Positions 36,264 to 50,035 of a DNA stretch of 53,498 bases are shown here, piece by piece. The notes beneath the pieces are model-generated. The model was not told the origin of the DNA and made no database searches. It was given only the letters and a program-made list of their open reading frames with translations. Both the position numbers and the translations under genes were made by a program. Source of the DNA: Macrostomum lignano (lineage: Eukaryota); contig NIVC01004243.1 in NCBI GenBank assembly GCA_002269645.1, positions 1 to 53,498 of the forward strand, read 5' to 3'. The stretch's first letter is position 1; every line of letters starts with the position of its first letter.

Positions 36264-36780
36264 CTGGAAATTCGAATTTAAAAAAATTAACACGCATTGT
36301 TCGTTTTTTGGCCTACTAAAAGTAGTGCGAACGAAAAAAATTTAAGCTACGAGCTAATAGCTATATTTTTATAGCGAAACTGTGGTATCAAATATATATT
36401 AATATATGAAAACTCGTATACCTCTTTTTACCAAGACAAAATGTTTACCTATAATAAAATATACTAAAAAGGTAATGTCCAGTGGCGTAGCTCAAGGTGG
36501 GCTGGGGGGTCATGAGCCCTCCAGACGACGACAGACCAGACAGATCACTATAGCTACTATGACTCCGGCTCGTGACCCCCCCCCCAAGATGAAAATCCTG
36601 GCTATGGCGCAGGTAATGCCAACCCTTTATATTAGCACATTAGAGATTAAAAATCTAATTGATTGAAGCATAAGTCCAAGTAGATTAAGGAAACCATTTT
36701 CAATACACTGTATATTTTGTAAATGCTCAAATGCATAAATAAACGAGTATTAACGGGTTAAATAGTCGTAAATCGCGTGT

Positions 36781-39700
36781 TTAGGCGAGCCTGTCGTCCA
36801 GACTCTGAATCTCGCCATTGGACAATTCGGCAACAAGTTGAGCAGGTTGAAAATCAAAGTGCTGATGCTTCACTACCTGCCAAATTTGGTTGGAAATCGA
36901 AAGTTCTGTTTATACTAATATAAGTAGTATTATTGCAATATTTTCCGTCCATACCTCGTTACCCCAGCTGGACCAGCCAGGTGTGAGATTTCTGGCAAAC
37001 AGTTCGAGGCATCGATAATCGTCTGAGCCAAACAGTGCGTTGAGCAGCGCTGTGGGCAAGGGATTTTATGGCTCTATCAGATGATAGTGCAACTCATATT
37101 TTAATTTTCTATCGGTAGAAACTTGAACTTTCTCCAATTAGAGCAATGGCCATCGACAATTATCACCTGTATGCATCACACTCACCCTTACACCGGACTA
37201 ATTAGAGCAATAGCCACCCAATAATTATCAACTGTATATTACTCACCCTTACCTGGACTAATTAGAGCAATAGCCACCCAATAATTATCACCTGTATATT
37301 ACTCACCCTTACCTGGACTAATTAGAGCAATAGCCACCCAATAATTATCACCTGTATATTACTCACCCATTACACCGGACTAATTAGAGCAATAGCCACC
37401 CCATAATTATCACCCGTGTACATTACTCATCACTACACCTGACCAACTACCTAATATCCTACTAATAATCGGAGCAATAATGCCGGACTTAAATAACTCA
37501 CGCTTCAAACACGGCTTCCTTGAGTGCAGGCAAGACGGCACGGACATCAGAGTGAGCTCGGCGGGCACGCGTTTATAAACGTCGGATGACGCTGCAAGCT
37601 GGGCGGGCGCCAGCACGTAAAGCCGTTCGAAAGGCCGGCGAAATCTGCTGTGCAGTGGGGTCAGCGGTCGCCCCGTAGCGGTCACCTGCTCAAGAGTCAG
37701 CGGAATGGGCAGCTTCTGCGAATACGTTTATTACTGTTAACCATGTCGATCGAACCGGCTGACCCACCTTGACCCACAGCCAACGGCCGATGCAGCGCAG
37801 GCCCCAGGCAGCGGTCAGGTCTTCTAGCACGCAGCGCACATGCTTCAGCGAGTTGGTGCACCAGACCAGCACCAGAGGCCCCGGCCACCCCTTCGCTCCT
37901 CCCCCTGACTGTTCAGCTCGATGACGCAGCAACTCCGGCACGGGTATTCGCGACAGAAGCTCGAGCCCGATGGACTCAGCGGCAGAATAGACTCCGCGCC
38001 TGCGTGCCGACGCGTTTGGCCAGGGCGGGTCGGCCAGCACAACGTCGTAGGGCCCGTCCGATGAGCTCAGCTGGAGCAGCAGAGGCTTGGCGCTGCACAG
38101 CTGCGAGATGGCGAACGAGCTGCGAGCCGGCACAGCATAGCAACCGCCTAGCAAGCGAACTGCTCGCCGTTGGCTGACGCTGGGCTCAACAAGAGCAACC
38201 CGGCCGAAACGGCAAGCGTCGGCCAGAGCAGCGCCCGGGCCGCAGTCGGTGCCAGAGTTGAACAGCTCAAACAGGGCCGTCTGGCTCTCAATGCCGCAGA
38301 TGGAGCGAAGCTGGCCAGCCTCAGTTAGCGTCAGGAAGCTGACCAGCCCGGACTGAGTAGCTAGGGACAGCCGGCCTTCAATTGATGCCACTGAGAATGC
38401 GGACTGGGCAAGCCGGATGATGGACGAGTTTGTCCTTTATAAGTACACTGAGTTATTTCATTTATAAGTACACTGACTTCTTTCGTTTAAGTACACTGAG
38501 TTCTTTCATTTATAAGTACACTGAGTTCTGAGGTCTACGCACTACGCTCGTAGTTTGAGGATCTTTGGGATTTACAACACAAATTTGAGGATTTTTGGGG
38601 ATTAGAGCACTAGTTTGATCTTTGGGGATTACAGCATTAGTTTGAGGATCTTTGGGGATTACAACACTAGTTTGAGGATTATAGGGGATTACAACACTAT
38701 TTTGAGGATTATAGGGGATTCCAGCACTAGTTTGAGGATTATAGGGGATTCCAGCACTAGTTTGAGGATTAAAGGGGATTCCAGCACTAGTTTGAGGATC
38801 TTTGGGAATTATAGCACTATTTTGAGGATTATAGGGGATTTCAGCACTAGTTTGAGGATTATAGGGGATTCCAGCACTAGTTTGAGGATTATAGGGGATT
38901 CCAGCACTAGTTTGAGGATTAAAGGGGATTCCAGCACTATTTTGAGGATTATAGGGGATTTCAGCACTAGTTTGAGGATTATAGGGGATTCCAGCACTAG
39001 TTTGAGGATCTTAGGGGATTATAGCACTATTTTGAGGATTATAGGGGATTTCAGCACTAGTTTGAGGATCTTTGGGGATTACAGCACTAGTTTGAGGATC
39101 TTTGGGGATTCCAGCACTAGTTTGAGGATCTTTGGGATTCCAGCACTAGTTTGAGGATCTTTGGGGATTACAGCACTAGTTTGAGGATCTTTGGGGATTC
39201 CAGCACTAGTTTGAGGATCTTTGGGATTCCAGCACTAGTTTGAGGATCTTTGGGGATTACAGCACTAGCTTGAGGATCTCTGGGGATTACAGCACTACTT
39301 TGAGTATATTTAGGGATGACAGGGCTAATTTAAGGATCTTTGGAATGATAGCACTGCCTTGGGGATCTCGTTTTGGCAGCACTATACTTAAATAAATGAA
39401 TTATAGAGCCTACATCATCAGACTCGCCACTGTCCGTGTGATCTTCTACAAAACCAGCCGCAGCGGCCTTGCGTTTCCTTGATTTGGCAGGTTTTTCACG
39501 TTCGGGCTCTACAAAACATTATTGTGTGCATTAAATATGCATACTATTCTACTGATTCATTCTATTCAGTAGCGAATGCGTATATCTTACCATCGTTATA
39601 CAACGGGTCTAGAATAAGATATTCCAAGTCGGATATTGATTTTGCTTCCTTCAAGTTCCGAAGATGCCGGAGGGTCTGGCGCAGGAAAGTCGTCTCCAGC

Positions 39701-39812
39701 TGCAGCCTGGCATCGCTGGAAGCTTCTGCCTGAAAGTTTGCGCGCCGGGACTTGTGAGCTCTCGAAAGATTAGGAATCCCATCATTGTAAATCAGGGGTG
39801 GCGGTGACCTAA
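36781..39812 (-). CDS. METTL4: MT-A70 family N6-adenine methyltransferase, METTL4 homolog (N-terminus unresolved)
   Basis: Exons are about 39812-39591, 38390-37768, 37685-37502, 37049-36955 and 36876-36781, all phase-compatible. Motifs: YDVVLADPPWPNAS, LVWCTNS, WLWVK|VT, SVPSCLHSRKP, CLELFARNLTPGWSSWGNE|VVKHQH. The first listed exon's acceptor is not in phase 0, so the start lies elsewhere. Confidence 0.9.
37140..37420. repeat. About 60-bp tandem repeat in a METTL4 intron
   Basis: Unit ATTAGAGCAATAGCCACCCAATAATTATCACCTGTATATTACTCACCCTTACCTGGACTA, about 4 copies. Confidence 0.9.
38570..39340. repeat. 30-bp minisatellite (TTTGAGGATTATAGGGGATTCCAGCACTAG)n in a METTL4 intron; a short, about 25-bp array precedes it at 38440-38530
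   Basis: Visible arrays. Confidence 0.95.
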
Positions 39813-39844
39813 CTGTTGGACCTAGGAGGGTGGCAGTGACGCAG

Positions 39845-40381
39845 TCTGGGGGTGCTGAGGACCAGCCTGAGGATCCGAGAGGGTGCTGAGGACCAGCCTG
39901 AGGATCCGAGAGGGTGCTGAGGACCAGCCTGGGGATCCGAGAGGGTGCTGAGGACCAGCCTGAGGATCCGAGAGGGTGCTGAGGACCAGCTTGAGGATCC
40001 GAGAGGGTGCTGAGGACCAGTCTGGGGATCCGAGAGGGTGCTGAGGACCAGCCTGAGGATCCGAGAGGGTGCTGAGGACCAGCCTGAGGATCCGAGAGGG
40101 TGCTGAGGACCAGCCTGAGGATCCGAGAGGGTGCTGAGGACCAGCCTGGGGATCCGAGAGGGTGCTGAGGACCAGTCTGAGGATCCGAGAGGGGCTGAGG
40201 ATCCGAGAGGGTGCTGATGACCAGTCTGGGGATCCGAGAGGGTGCTGAGGACCAGCCTGGGGATCCGAGAGGGTGCTGAGGACCAGTCTGGGGATCCGAG
40301 AGGGTGCTGAGGACCAGTCTGAGGATCTGAGAGGGGCTGAGGACCAGCCCGAGAATCCGAGAGGGTGCTGAGGACCAGCCT
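39845..40381. repeat. 31-bp minisatellite (GAGAGGGTGCTGAGGACCAGCCTGAGGATCC)n
   Basis: Visible array. Confidence 0.95.
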
Positions 40382-40790
40382 TAAGAATCATCATCACAGA
40401 ATCACTTTTGAGTTTTGAACTTGAATAAGCAGCCCAAGTAAAAACTACAAGAAGTGCAACAAAATTGTTTGAAAACCAAGAATAAATTATATTGAATCTC
40501 ATACAGATCCGTATTTGAGTATGCACTGTTCGCAAACAAGCGCGGACAACTAACATTAAACCACTGACAGGGTTTTGTCTTTATATTTGATTGATAAAAA
40601 CTTTGAAAAACAACAGCAAGCATGTACACGGTTGCATAACACGGCCGATAAATAACTGAGAGTTCTAAGAAAGCTTATTTACTATGTACAAAATAAAATG
40701 AAGTTATAAGTTCTTTCAACACATTATTAAAACAAGATTAGGTAGTTGATGAACCCGATGAAAACGGCACCAAGGCCAAGAAGCGTCACA

Positions 40791-43705
40791 TCAGCGCTCC
40801 TTACGATGCCTCTTGTCCTTCTCTTTTTTCTCTTTCTTTTCCTTCTTGTGCTTCTTGTGCTTCTTCTTGCCGCCGTCTCGGTCGCTTTTGCCCGAATCTA
40901 GCTTCTCGAGCTTCTTCATCAGCTTCTCGCGCTGGGCAGGCGTCAGCGAGCGAAAGAAGGCCTCAACCTCGGCTTCGCTGCTGGCCGATGCGCCGCCGCC
41001 GGCGACGACTTCGTTGTAGCCGGAGGCCTCGGCCCGGCGGGTGAAGCGCAGGTGCTGCTCGTCGCGCATGTGCCGGCCGGCGTCGCCAAGATGAGAGTCG
41101 GGCAGCTGCGGCTCCATGGTGATGGACTTGCCATACAGCGGGCACAGCCGGTCGGTGTTCACGTGGCCCCAGCTGTGGCATTTCACGCAGCGCACGTTGC
41201 GCACCTCGATGCCAAACGGCTGGTCGCGGACCTCGTCGCTGCCTTTGCAGTAGGCCTCTCTGGGCGCCTGGAATTTGCGCTGCCATTCGAAGCGAACCTC
41301 GCGAGCCTCGCTGGGGCCGGCCTCCTCCTGCGGGACCGGGGGGTGTGATTGGTTAGATTAGCTAATTAATAGAGTTCCACTGTAGCTATGGATAATAGCG
41401 ACAGAAACTAATGGATATGGTTAAGTCCCTGAGGTTGAGGACTCAATATTTGTAATCCCATATTCACATGATGTTAAGGTAATTGTTAAGATGAATGTTT
41501 TCACTTTCAATGTGATGAGGTCTTAAATGTGAATTTTAATGATAATTGCATCAATACAATGTTCTATTGCGAAGCAGTGGAAAAGCAATAAATATTAATT
41601 CAGTAAATTATTCACTTAAGAACTGATTTAAATGCCATTTCAAGATATAACCAAGATGCTTTTTGACACCAATATACTGCTTTGCCTGCATCAAAAAAGT
41701 GTAAACTTCAATCACTGCTATCCAGACCAGACACAGACTGTCTCAAAACTTTTAGCAAAACCCCTTAATTCATTTTAGCAAACTTTTAAACTTTCAAACT
41801 TAGAATGACTATGCCCATACAAATTATAGGAAGCAAACAAAAACTCATTATATCCCAGACTCTGGATGGTATTAGTACATAAGGGGCCTAGTATATCCTT
41901 TGGTATATAGCCTGGCATGCAGAGATTGCCAAGAAAGCAAGTGGGACCAAAGTTTCAAGTCAATGTAATCAATGTATATACTTAGTATACAAAATGACTA
42001 AGTTCAACTTTGGCATAGTCTTTATATGCATAGTCATAGTTATAGTAGCTAAATTTTGATCAAAAAGAATAGCTCCTATGGATCTTTAAAAGTTATTAAC
42101 AAAAAACAAAATAAAAAATCATGTTTAATTCTATATTTTTAATTCTATATTCCAGAAGGTATATATTATGTCATGCCAGAATTTCTAGTATATATTTGGT
42201 TTGGCCAAAAAAATTGGCATGCCTTTTGGTTAAGCAAAAAATAAGGTATGCTATGCCATGGAATAGCTTGATAGCATATAATATAATATAGTATGATCAT
42301 AGTGGGGCAGTGTTTTTGAGTTTTGGAAAATACTTATAAATATATTTTATCTTGTTTATTTTTACTAGAAATACCAAAGAGTACCGAAAAAATTTATAAT
42401 TTAATTTAATGCTTATACCTCTAGTTATAAATTTTTAAAGCTTTGTTTTTTCTTGTGCATTTTTAAAATGTAATTTTTGCATATATTTTTGCTTTTTTGT
42501 GGGGCTATTGTTAATTATTTCAATGGTATATGTGGCATAAAGTTGGTAAACATGGCATGCAATAGGTGTACAAACAAAAAATGCTAGGTATATATTCTAG
42601 CAAGCAATTAACATGATCTGGAATATGGCAAAAATGGTTAAAAGATAGTTCTTCATGGTTCAGTATAAAAATAACCAATTTTTACTAATGATTTTTGGCA
42701 ATCCTCTAGTTTTGTATGGTAAATTATTTTTATTGAAAATGATAACCTTTAAATAACTTTCAGCTTGATAAGTGATAAGATAGATAATAGAGAACAAATT
42801 TAACATATTATCAAATGCCTACTTTTGTTTAAATATGTATAAATGATATTCTTTTCTAGCTTATCAATAGCTGCCTAACCATGCTATCATCAATTTTTGA
42901 CTGCATTTTGTAAACCCAGTGGACCTAACTATTTACATTAATATTATTGAAGGCACATAGATAGGCTCATGAAAAAACTAATTATATTATAGACTAGTTG
43001 AGTCCTACTTATAGAAATACCTTTGGCAGCACCAGTTCCTAAACAAGACCTTCAGGAACTTTTTATATACTGGGTATTATATTATTATCAACTTTAGTTT
43101 AACATCCATTAATATTGTTTATATATGTTTAGGGCCTAAACAAAAGTCTTAAAACAAAAACATAAGTTTAAACAAAACAAAAGGCCTAGGCACTCAATAA
43201 TATGATAAGTTTGTTCTCTATTATCTATTTTGTTATTTATTGAGCTTAAAGTTACATAAAAGTTATTATTTTCAACAAAAAATTAAATGTGTCTAAATTA
43301 TTAAGATGCCTCCATATAATATAAAAATATAAAAAATACATTAGCAATGCTTTATAATGAAATTTTATTATAGACTCTAGTAGTCGAACTAAATGTTTTG
43401 ACAGATTACGAAAGAAAAAGATAGGTCTAGGTCTAATTATATATAACAATGTAAAAAATGTTTACCTTATCAGCACCAGGGGGCCTATCATACATGAAAG
43501 CAATTCCAAGCTTTGCTTTTTCATCTCCTAAAATGGCTCGAGCTTCAAGCTGCTCTTGCTCTCGACGATAAAGAGCGACTTTTTCTTCTTCCTTTTTTTC
43601 CTCGAATTCCTTTTTCTGCTGTGCCATCCATAAACGTTTAATATTGTCGAAGCTTCCTGGGTGGAAGAACTTCTTGTTCATATAATTTTGATAACCTTTG
43701 CCCAT
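40791..43705 (-). CDS. CIR1: Corepressor interacting with RBPJ 1 homolog, 2 exons, about 258 aa
   Basis: Exon 43705-43466 encodes MGKGYQNYMNKKFFHPGS... and ends at donor AAG|GTAAAC. Exon 41327-40791 starts at acceptor CCGCAG|GAG and encodes FEWQRK..APRE..VRDQPFGIEVRNVRCVKCHSWGHVNTDRLCPL plus a Lys-rich tail. Confidence 0.93.
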
Positions 43706-46700
43706 TTTAACGTGAGTTGGGCGCTAAACAGTTGAAGAAATGAATATATGTATATGGACTTACACTTGTTGTAAGCAATTTCAACTAGGACCTCAGCTTA
43801 AATTTTATCTTTTATGTAAAAAAATGTACAGTTTGAGTCGTAACGGATGTTGCAATTCATCGTAAATTATTATTTAAACTTATTGGTTTATTAAAACGCC
43901 GAAAATACTATTTTTAAAATCTGTTTTTATTGTATTGTTACCACCTGGTTTTTCAAGAAACCCCAAGTTACTTTTTTTGACAATTTTTTTAACTTTGTTT
44001 AACATAACTTACCGGAGATTTCTTAAAAGTGTTTGATTACATTGCTTAATAGCAGTGTTGGTGACTTGGCTTTGCAATTATTGTTGTTTTGTAAGTACTT
44101 TATTCAGTGTTTTTGGCAGAAGGTGTTTCTATCTTGATTCACTGCGTTCGCTTTTCTATTTTGCTGTTTTAATTCATTCTAGCCCCTTACTATTCTAATC
44201 CCAAGTTTTTCGCGCCGTCTCTTCGTGATGTAATCGCGCTCATCAATAGCAACATATAAACCGCAATCGTTTGCCATTTCGTACCAAACTTTATCATTTT
44301 GAAATCTCAAGTTAATTCTTTACAAGTAAGTAAAAGTGATTTATAATAATTATTAAACAAGACGATAGCTGGGATTCTAAGAACTCTGAAAATACTTTTG
44401 AAGGCGTACGCGATTACGTATGAGAGTATGATTCTCAGAGTATGTATAAAAATACTAGCTTTATTATTTATCTGTAGTTACTTACCTTAATTTTCATTTA
44501 AGTTTATTTTGATCATCACTTACTCATAAATGGCAGCAGGTTAAGTGATTTTTTTCGTTTCTTATAAGGGCCTGAAGTACGAGTAGTACGTGCTAATACA
44601 CATGAATGCATATGTATCAAGGAACACTAGAAGTTACCGTTGATACAACCGTTGATATGTACATGTAAGCCCATGGGCTGCAAAGCCTCCTCGCTGTTTC
44701 CAGACGAACGGAGCCCCCTGCAGCTAATGTCAAGCCCATAATATCGCGCGCAATTCATATTGACTGTTCGTGAATTGATTGATTGCAAAATGAGAAAAAA
44801 TCATACATTAATATACGAGTAACATATTGCTCCAGAACAGCTGAAAAATATCAAATATATATATAAGCGATAGAAACGAAAACAGTACGTTTTTATCCGA
44901 ATGCAGTCCTGATCTATAACCCAGGGAGGCAGCTCGCGTACTGTTGTACTCTTTAATTACATGTACGTGCATTAAACGCTTGATCTATCGGGGACGCTGC
45001 GGCTTTCAAATGACAAAAAACAGCTAAAAGCCAAACGCTCGCGGTTGTGAGCAGCCAAGCAAGGCCGAGTTGATCCAGTTACCGCCTCAGCATTGCGGCA
45101 ACAAGCGACTTTGCTCGACGTTGCAGAACTCGTTAAGTGCTTTGCTGCTTTTCGTCACACTCTGCCAAAAAAGCTCTTTCTCCATGCAAGCTCACAAGAA
45201 CTAACCCATTAATATAAAGTCCATCCCTCCCTTTTATCTAGCAATTGACATCAAAAATCAGTTTAAGTCTATTCCCTCAGTGTGATTTTCCCTTGGAAGT
45301 CCCGATTAAAGCATTGACGACATTTCCCCGGTGTTAAATATATCTACCATTTATTAAGATATATAAGACAAAGATAGATTAAAAAGGCATGTAATTTAAA
45401 CGACTCAGATCATAAGTTTTTTACCCGCTCGTACTGTCAATTGATGAGTCGGCGGTGACTGCATGAGCACTAAGCGGCCAAGGCAATACGTCGAACCGCA
45501 GCAATTAGAAAGCACGGCGACCCTCCGCTTTGAAATGCATCATTACCTCCTGTTATCTAGCTTCATTGGATTTTTCTCCCAAATTAAGCCGGAGCGCTCC
45601 CCAACTGCCTTGTCCCACTTTCGCTGGAAAATTACCTTAGGTAATCCTTCCGATCCACTGAAAGAGGGTGCAGCGAGTAATACAATTTTGACCTCGCTCT
45701 CCTACACCCCCCAGCCCGATCCTAATCAACCGGAATTGTTTGGTGAGGTCCCGGCGAGACACGGGGCTGGTGTCGGCGTCCTGCGTGTCCAGCAGAGTCT
45801 AGTTCAACAAATCAAGCGAGAGTAAAACAGGATACTGCATACGAGTTGGCACTCACTTGGCTACGGGATCAATACGTGCTAAACCAGCTTCGTTGGCACG
45901 TTCGAAACGCCTCCGTGTTGGGGGGGGGGGGGCAAGAAGTGGCGCCGGGGCCGTACGCGCATACGGCAGTGTTTCGCTTCAGTCGGCGGTTCGATTCGTC
46001 AATTCATTTGTAAGGACGAGAGGCGCCGTAGTGGGTGATGTAACTCTTCGACTCTCCCCCATCTCTCTCTAAACGCTTAATGAGGCTTACACAGACTCCA
46101 GTGGCAGCTGTGCAAAGCTGAAGGCCATTTAATGCGGCTGACACTACGGATTATGCAGCCCATCGAGTTGAGCCGGGCTCAGCTGAGCTGGCCGAGCTCA
46201 CCGGCTGCCTGCTGGCGTCATCTGTCTGCACAGACCGGTCGGACGTCCCCCGCGCCACTCTGCATGCCCACTTCTCTCAAGCGACCGACCAAAAAACTCA
46301 ATTTTCTGGATGGGGGGCCGAAGGGAGAAAGGGACAGAGTCAGAAACAGAAGACCCCGAGACTGCTGGGACGCTAATTGCGACTGAGTGCCGACTCGAAG
46401 GGGAGGGGGGCTGCGGTCATCTGCCGGGCGCACATCGGGCTGATGAAGGCAGGCGCGCATTTTTTGTTTTTGGCTTCGATGCTTCGAGTCTCTCTGGTTG
46501 TCGTGTCGATGCTTTGCTGCTGGCAGAGCATTTTCTGTTCAATTAATAGCTTGTAGGCATGAAATCCGGTCTAAAGAGAGCATGTCCTGCCGGTTTGGCT
46601 ATCCGTCAGACTGCCTGTCCTGTCACCCTCACAACATGAAATCCGCAAAATGATCGCGCAAAAATTTCAATGCTCGATTAATTTCGAAGCACTTCTAAGG

Positions 46701-46752
46701 GGATATTTTTATAGTGCAACCTACGCCTGTCAATCACTTGATGGAACTTAAG

Positions 46753-46996
46753 AGGGATGTGAACTTAAGAGTCAAAATGGAGCCTGAAGCATTGGGTCCC
46801 GATTTCTCTACACCAATCCCTACATTTGGAGCCAAATAGCTCCCGTTTTGACGAAAACCCGACCATTTTAGCAATTGGGGATCTTTATGGGGAGAAGTGA
46901 AATAAATGGGGATTTCACGTGAACATGATTTCATGCGAATATGATCATGGGACCCAATGTTTCAGGCTCCATTTTGGCTTTTAAGTTCACATCCCT
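46753..46996. mobile_element. MITE-like non-autonomous DNA element (244 bp) with 48-bp terminal inverted repeats
   Basis: The left arm at 46753-46800 (AGGGATGTGAACTTAAGAGTCAAAATGGAGCCTGAAGCATTGGGTCCC) is the reverse complement of 46949-46996 with 3 mismatches. No symmetric TSD is seen. Confidence 0.75.
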
Positions 46997-48796
46997 TTGG
47001 TCCAATGTCGAATGACGTTCTTGTCGACAGTAATAATTTTTAACAGTGCGATCTGGTTGGAACTCGACTGACTGAACTTGCGTGTCACTGGCTCAGCAAA
47101 TATTTGATAGCAAAGTTCGTTGATAAAGATTGTTTGGCAAAAATGTGTCGCCTTTTTTATTGCCTACATGCTCCGGTAATATCAAGCAGAATTGATTGCT
47201 TGGAATAATAATTTGCGCAAGTGTTGCGTAATTTCTAAACAAGCTTGTGTATGCATAGCTGGGGGTGGCTTTCCTTCATTGCAGCAGCGGTTCCCAGCTG
47301 ACTTGAATCTGTCCGCGGGGCAGCATTAAGTGACAGGTTGGTGCCTGCCGAACTGATTGCCACCCATATTGCACAACTGCGCAAAACCTTCAGCGGGCCT
47401 GAATGTGACACGCTGGCTCTGACCTTTGCGTGCGAGCTTTAATATGATTTTAGGCATTGCTATTTCTGCCTATCTCAGTATCAGTTTTGTTCCACAAGCA
47501 GATAGGGGAATGTGTTTCGAGTGCAACAATGCGGATGCTTGGGTATGACCTCCGTGGCATTCCAGACTCTATATGCGTGATTCGGCATCCAAAGTCAGAC
47601 TGTCTGACTCACGGCTCTCTGCTGTCTCAGAGCGGGCCGATCTGAAATTAATTAGCCATCCTTTGTTTTCCCTGGCACACACTCCAGAATGCCAATGATG
47701 ATGAGGCTCTGAAGGAGCTTGTCCTCCCCCGACCTACCCTATCCGGGACCGGCTCGGAATGCATTAGGAGGGGACTTCCTACAGCATTCGAACGGAGCCT
47801 CCCCGAGCTCCAATACCGCTAATGACTGCTGCCGGTCCCTCCGCGTCTGTTCTTGGGACTTCGGGCCTCTGTTAAATGCTGACCTGTCTGGCTGAACAAG
47901 CTGGGGAGACAGACGAAATCGGAGCGGCTTATCCTGTCCCTCGGAGGGGACCGGATCAGTGGGCATGACGCAATCATGCGGATTGGCAAGTGGCCGAGAG
48001 GCTTGGCCTTCTCTCCGAAGCCCCGCACAGAATTCCCGGATCCCACGCACCCCGAGATCCCGCTTCAGTTTAGGGATGGCGGCAGCTGTTTGATCTTGAC
48101 TGATTTCTAGGAAAATGCTGCTCACATTTTGTTCTTCTCTCACAAATCTCTCACGTCAATCCCGCATGAATGGAGCAGGTGGCCTTGTGAGTCCTTGTGA
48201 GCTCTCTGTGAGCTCAAATCCCCGCTTGGAAGCCTTAAAACTGGCCATGCAGCGCTGCGGCAGGGGGATCAGCAGCGGCCTCTCCCGCACGGTTGGTTGC
48301 CAGGGCCCGCGTGTTGGTCGGGCCGTCGCCACGCATAGCGCAGTGAATAATGCATGGCGCGGCGGGTGGCTCAGCTTCATCATATCTTGATGAAGGGAGG
48401 AGGAGGCTGCAGTAGGGCGGGGCCGGCCCAGAGACTGCATGACTGAACAGAGCTGGTGGGCTGTTGTATTTTGGGGGGGGGGGTTGAGACGTGTCGGTGG
48501 GTGGCAAGGTGTGGACGGCTGCGTCAACATCAATAAATAAAAGGATGTTTTGTCAGGCCGGCGGAAGAGGGTGGAGCGCGGAGAAGTGCTCACCCTGTTC
48601 TCCCAGTAAGCTCTCGATTTTCCTCTCGCATCCTCTTGACTCTTCATCAATTCGATTAATCCATCCCACTACGCGTTTGCACCTTTCTGCCTTTTCTGCA
48701 ACAACAGATCTGCTTGGGTGCTTCTCTTCCTTTAATTATCCTCAGTTCACTGCTTTCTCTTATGAGCCACTTTCTTCACTGTCCCACTGACCGCCT

Positions 48797-48930
48797 TTAT
48801 CTACTGTCCTCTCCTGTGACCCCCACTTATCTACTGTCCTCTCCTGTGACCCCCACTTATCTGCTGTCCTCTCCTATGACCCCAACTAATCTAATGTCCT
48901 CTCCTATGACCCCACTTATCTAGTGTCCTC
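48797..48930. repeat. 30-bp tandem repeat (TTATCTACTGTCCTCTCCTGTGACCCCCAC), about 4 copies
   Basis: Visible. Confidence 0.85.
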
Positions 48931-50035
48931 TTATCTCAAAAGAAATACGCTTTTCCTATGACCCACCCTCCTATGAGGCTCATAAAATCGCACTTTACTG
49001 ACTCGAACTTGTTATCAAAACAACAATGTACTTTTTAACCTCAACTGACCGGAAGTTCGAGGCCGACCAATTAGCACGCATACCTCATTTCTCTCAGCGA
49101 CTGCCCAGCTCTCGTCTCGGGTTTCTCTCGCCATCATACAGAGCATTGGGGGCGGGCTTTTGCTAACACACACTGTTGACCCCCCCCCCCCAACACTGCC
49201 CAAGGCTGGCATTGCAGAGTGGGAAAGTGGGGACCCCACTTAGTGCGAGGAAAGTGTTTTGAAAGACAGCAACAAGCAGCTTCTACCACATTTGCTGCGG
49301 GTTGTCCAGGTAGGCGGTAACTCCGTCCAGCTGCTCTTCAATGCAATTTGGTCGCTCAATATGCACTTTGTGTGGAATTCTCTCACCTAACTCTGCATTT
49401 GTGCTTGAGAGAGTAAACACAGCACTGCGCATGATCTGAGGACTGTGCAGCTATTCTTAAATTTGTTTTTTATATAGTATATATCTGAGCAGATATGTAC
49501 TTTGAGCCTAGGAGCAAGCAGTTTAGTCCTTAGTGAGAATCAATCTACTTCGAAGTATTGAAGACGATTTTCATTGTCTATGGCCCAGAAGGGGAATATC
49601 TGTGAAGTGAATTGAAACAGTAAAAGACAAAATCGTAACGTACAGTACAAGTTCAAAACAATCGTATGTGTCTCGAAGCAATGCTGAACAAATGGAACTC
49701 GAACCCCTGATCAATGTTCGAAGAATCTCTTCTCCATTGAAGCAGCGTGGGATGAAGCCCTGCTCAATTAAACTCTTGTCTCACATTTCCATGTTTGTCT
49801 AATGAAACCCGTCATATTCTATGGCCCAAGTCTTGTACAACTGCAGGGGCGTCGCCATCGGGGGGAGGGGGCACAGCGGGACATGTCCCCCCTAGTAAAA
49901 GCTATTGGGGGACATGCCAATGTTTTTTCTCCCCACCCCACCTTGCGACCCGTTATGGAAATCAATAATTCTGCTTCAGGGCGCTAAAGTGACTGCCTGA
50001 AGCGCCAAAATGAGTGCCTAATATAATATAATAGT

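Noticed and set aside
47739-48650. ORFs with a faint resemblance to a LINE reverse-transcriptase motif (LAVLELGEAPF)
   Set aside because: No YADD motif or other RT motifs were found, so the similarity is too weak to call.
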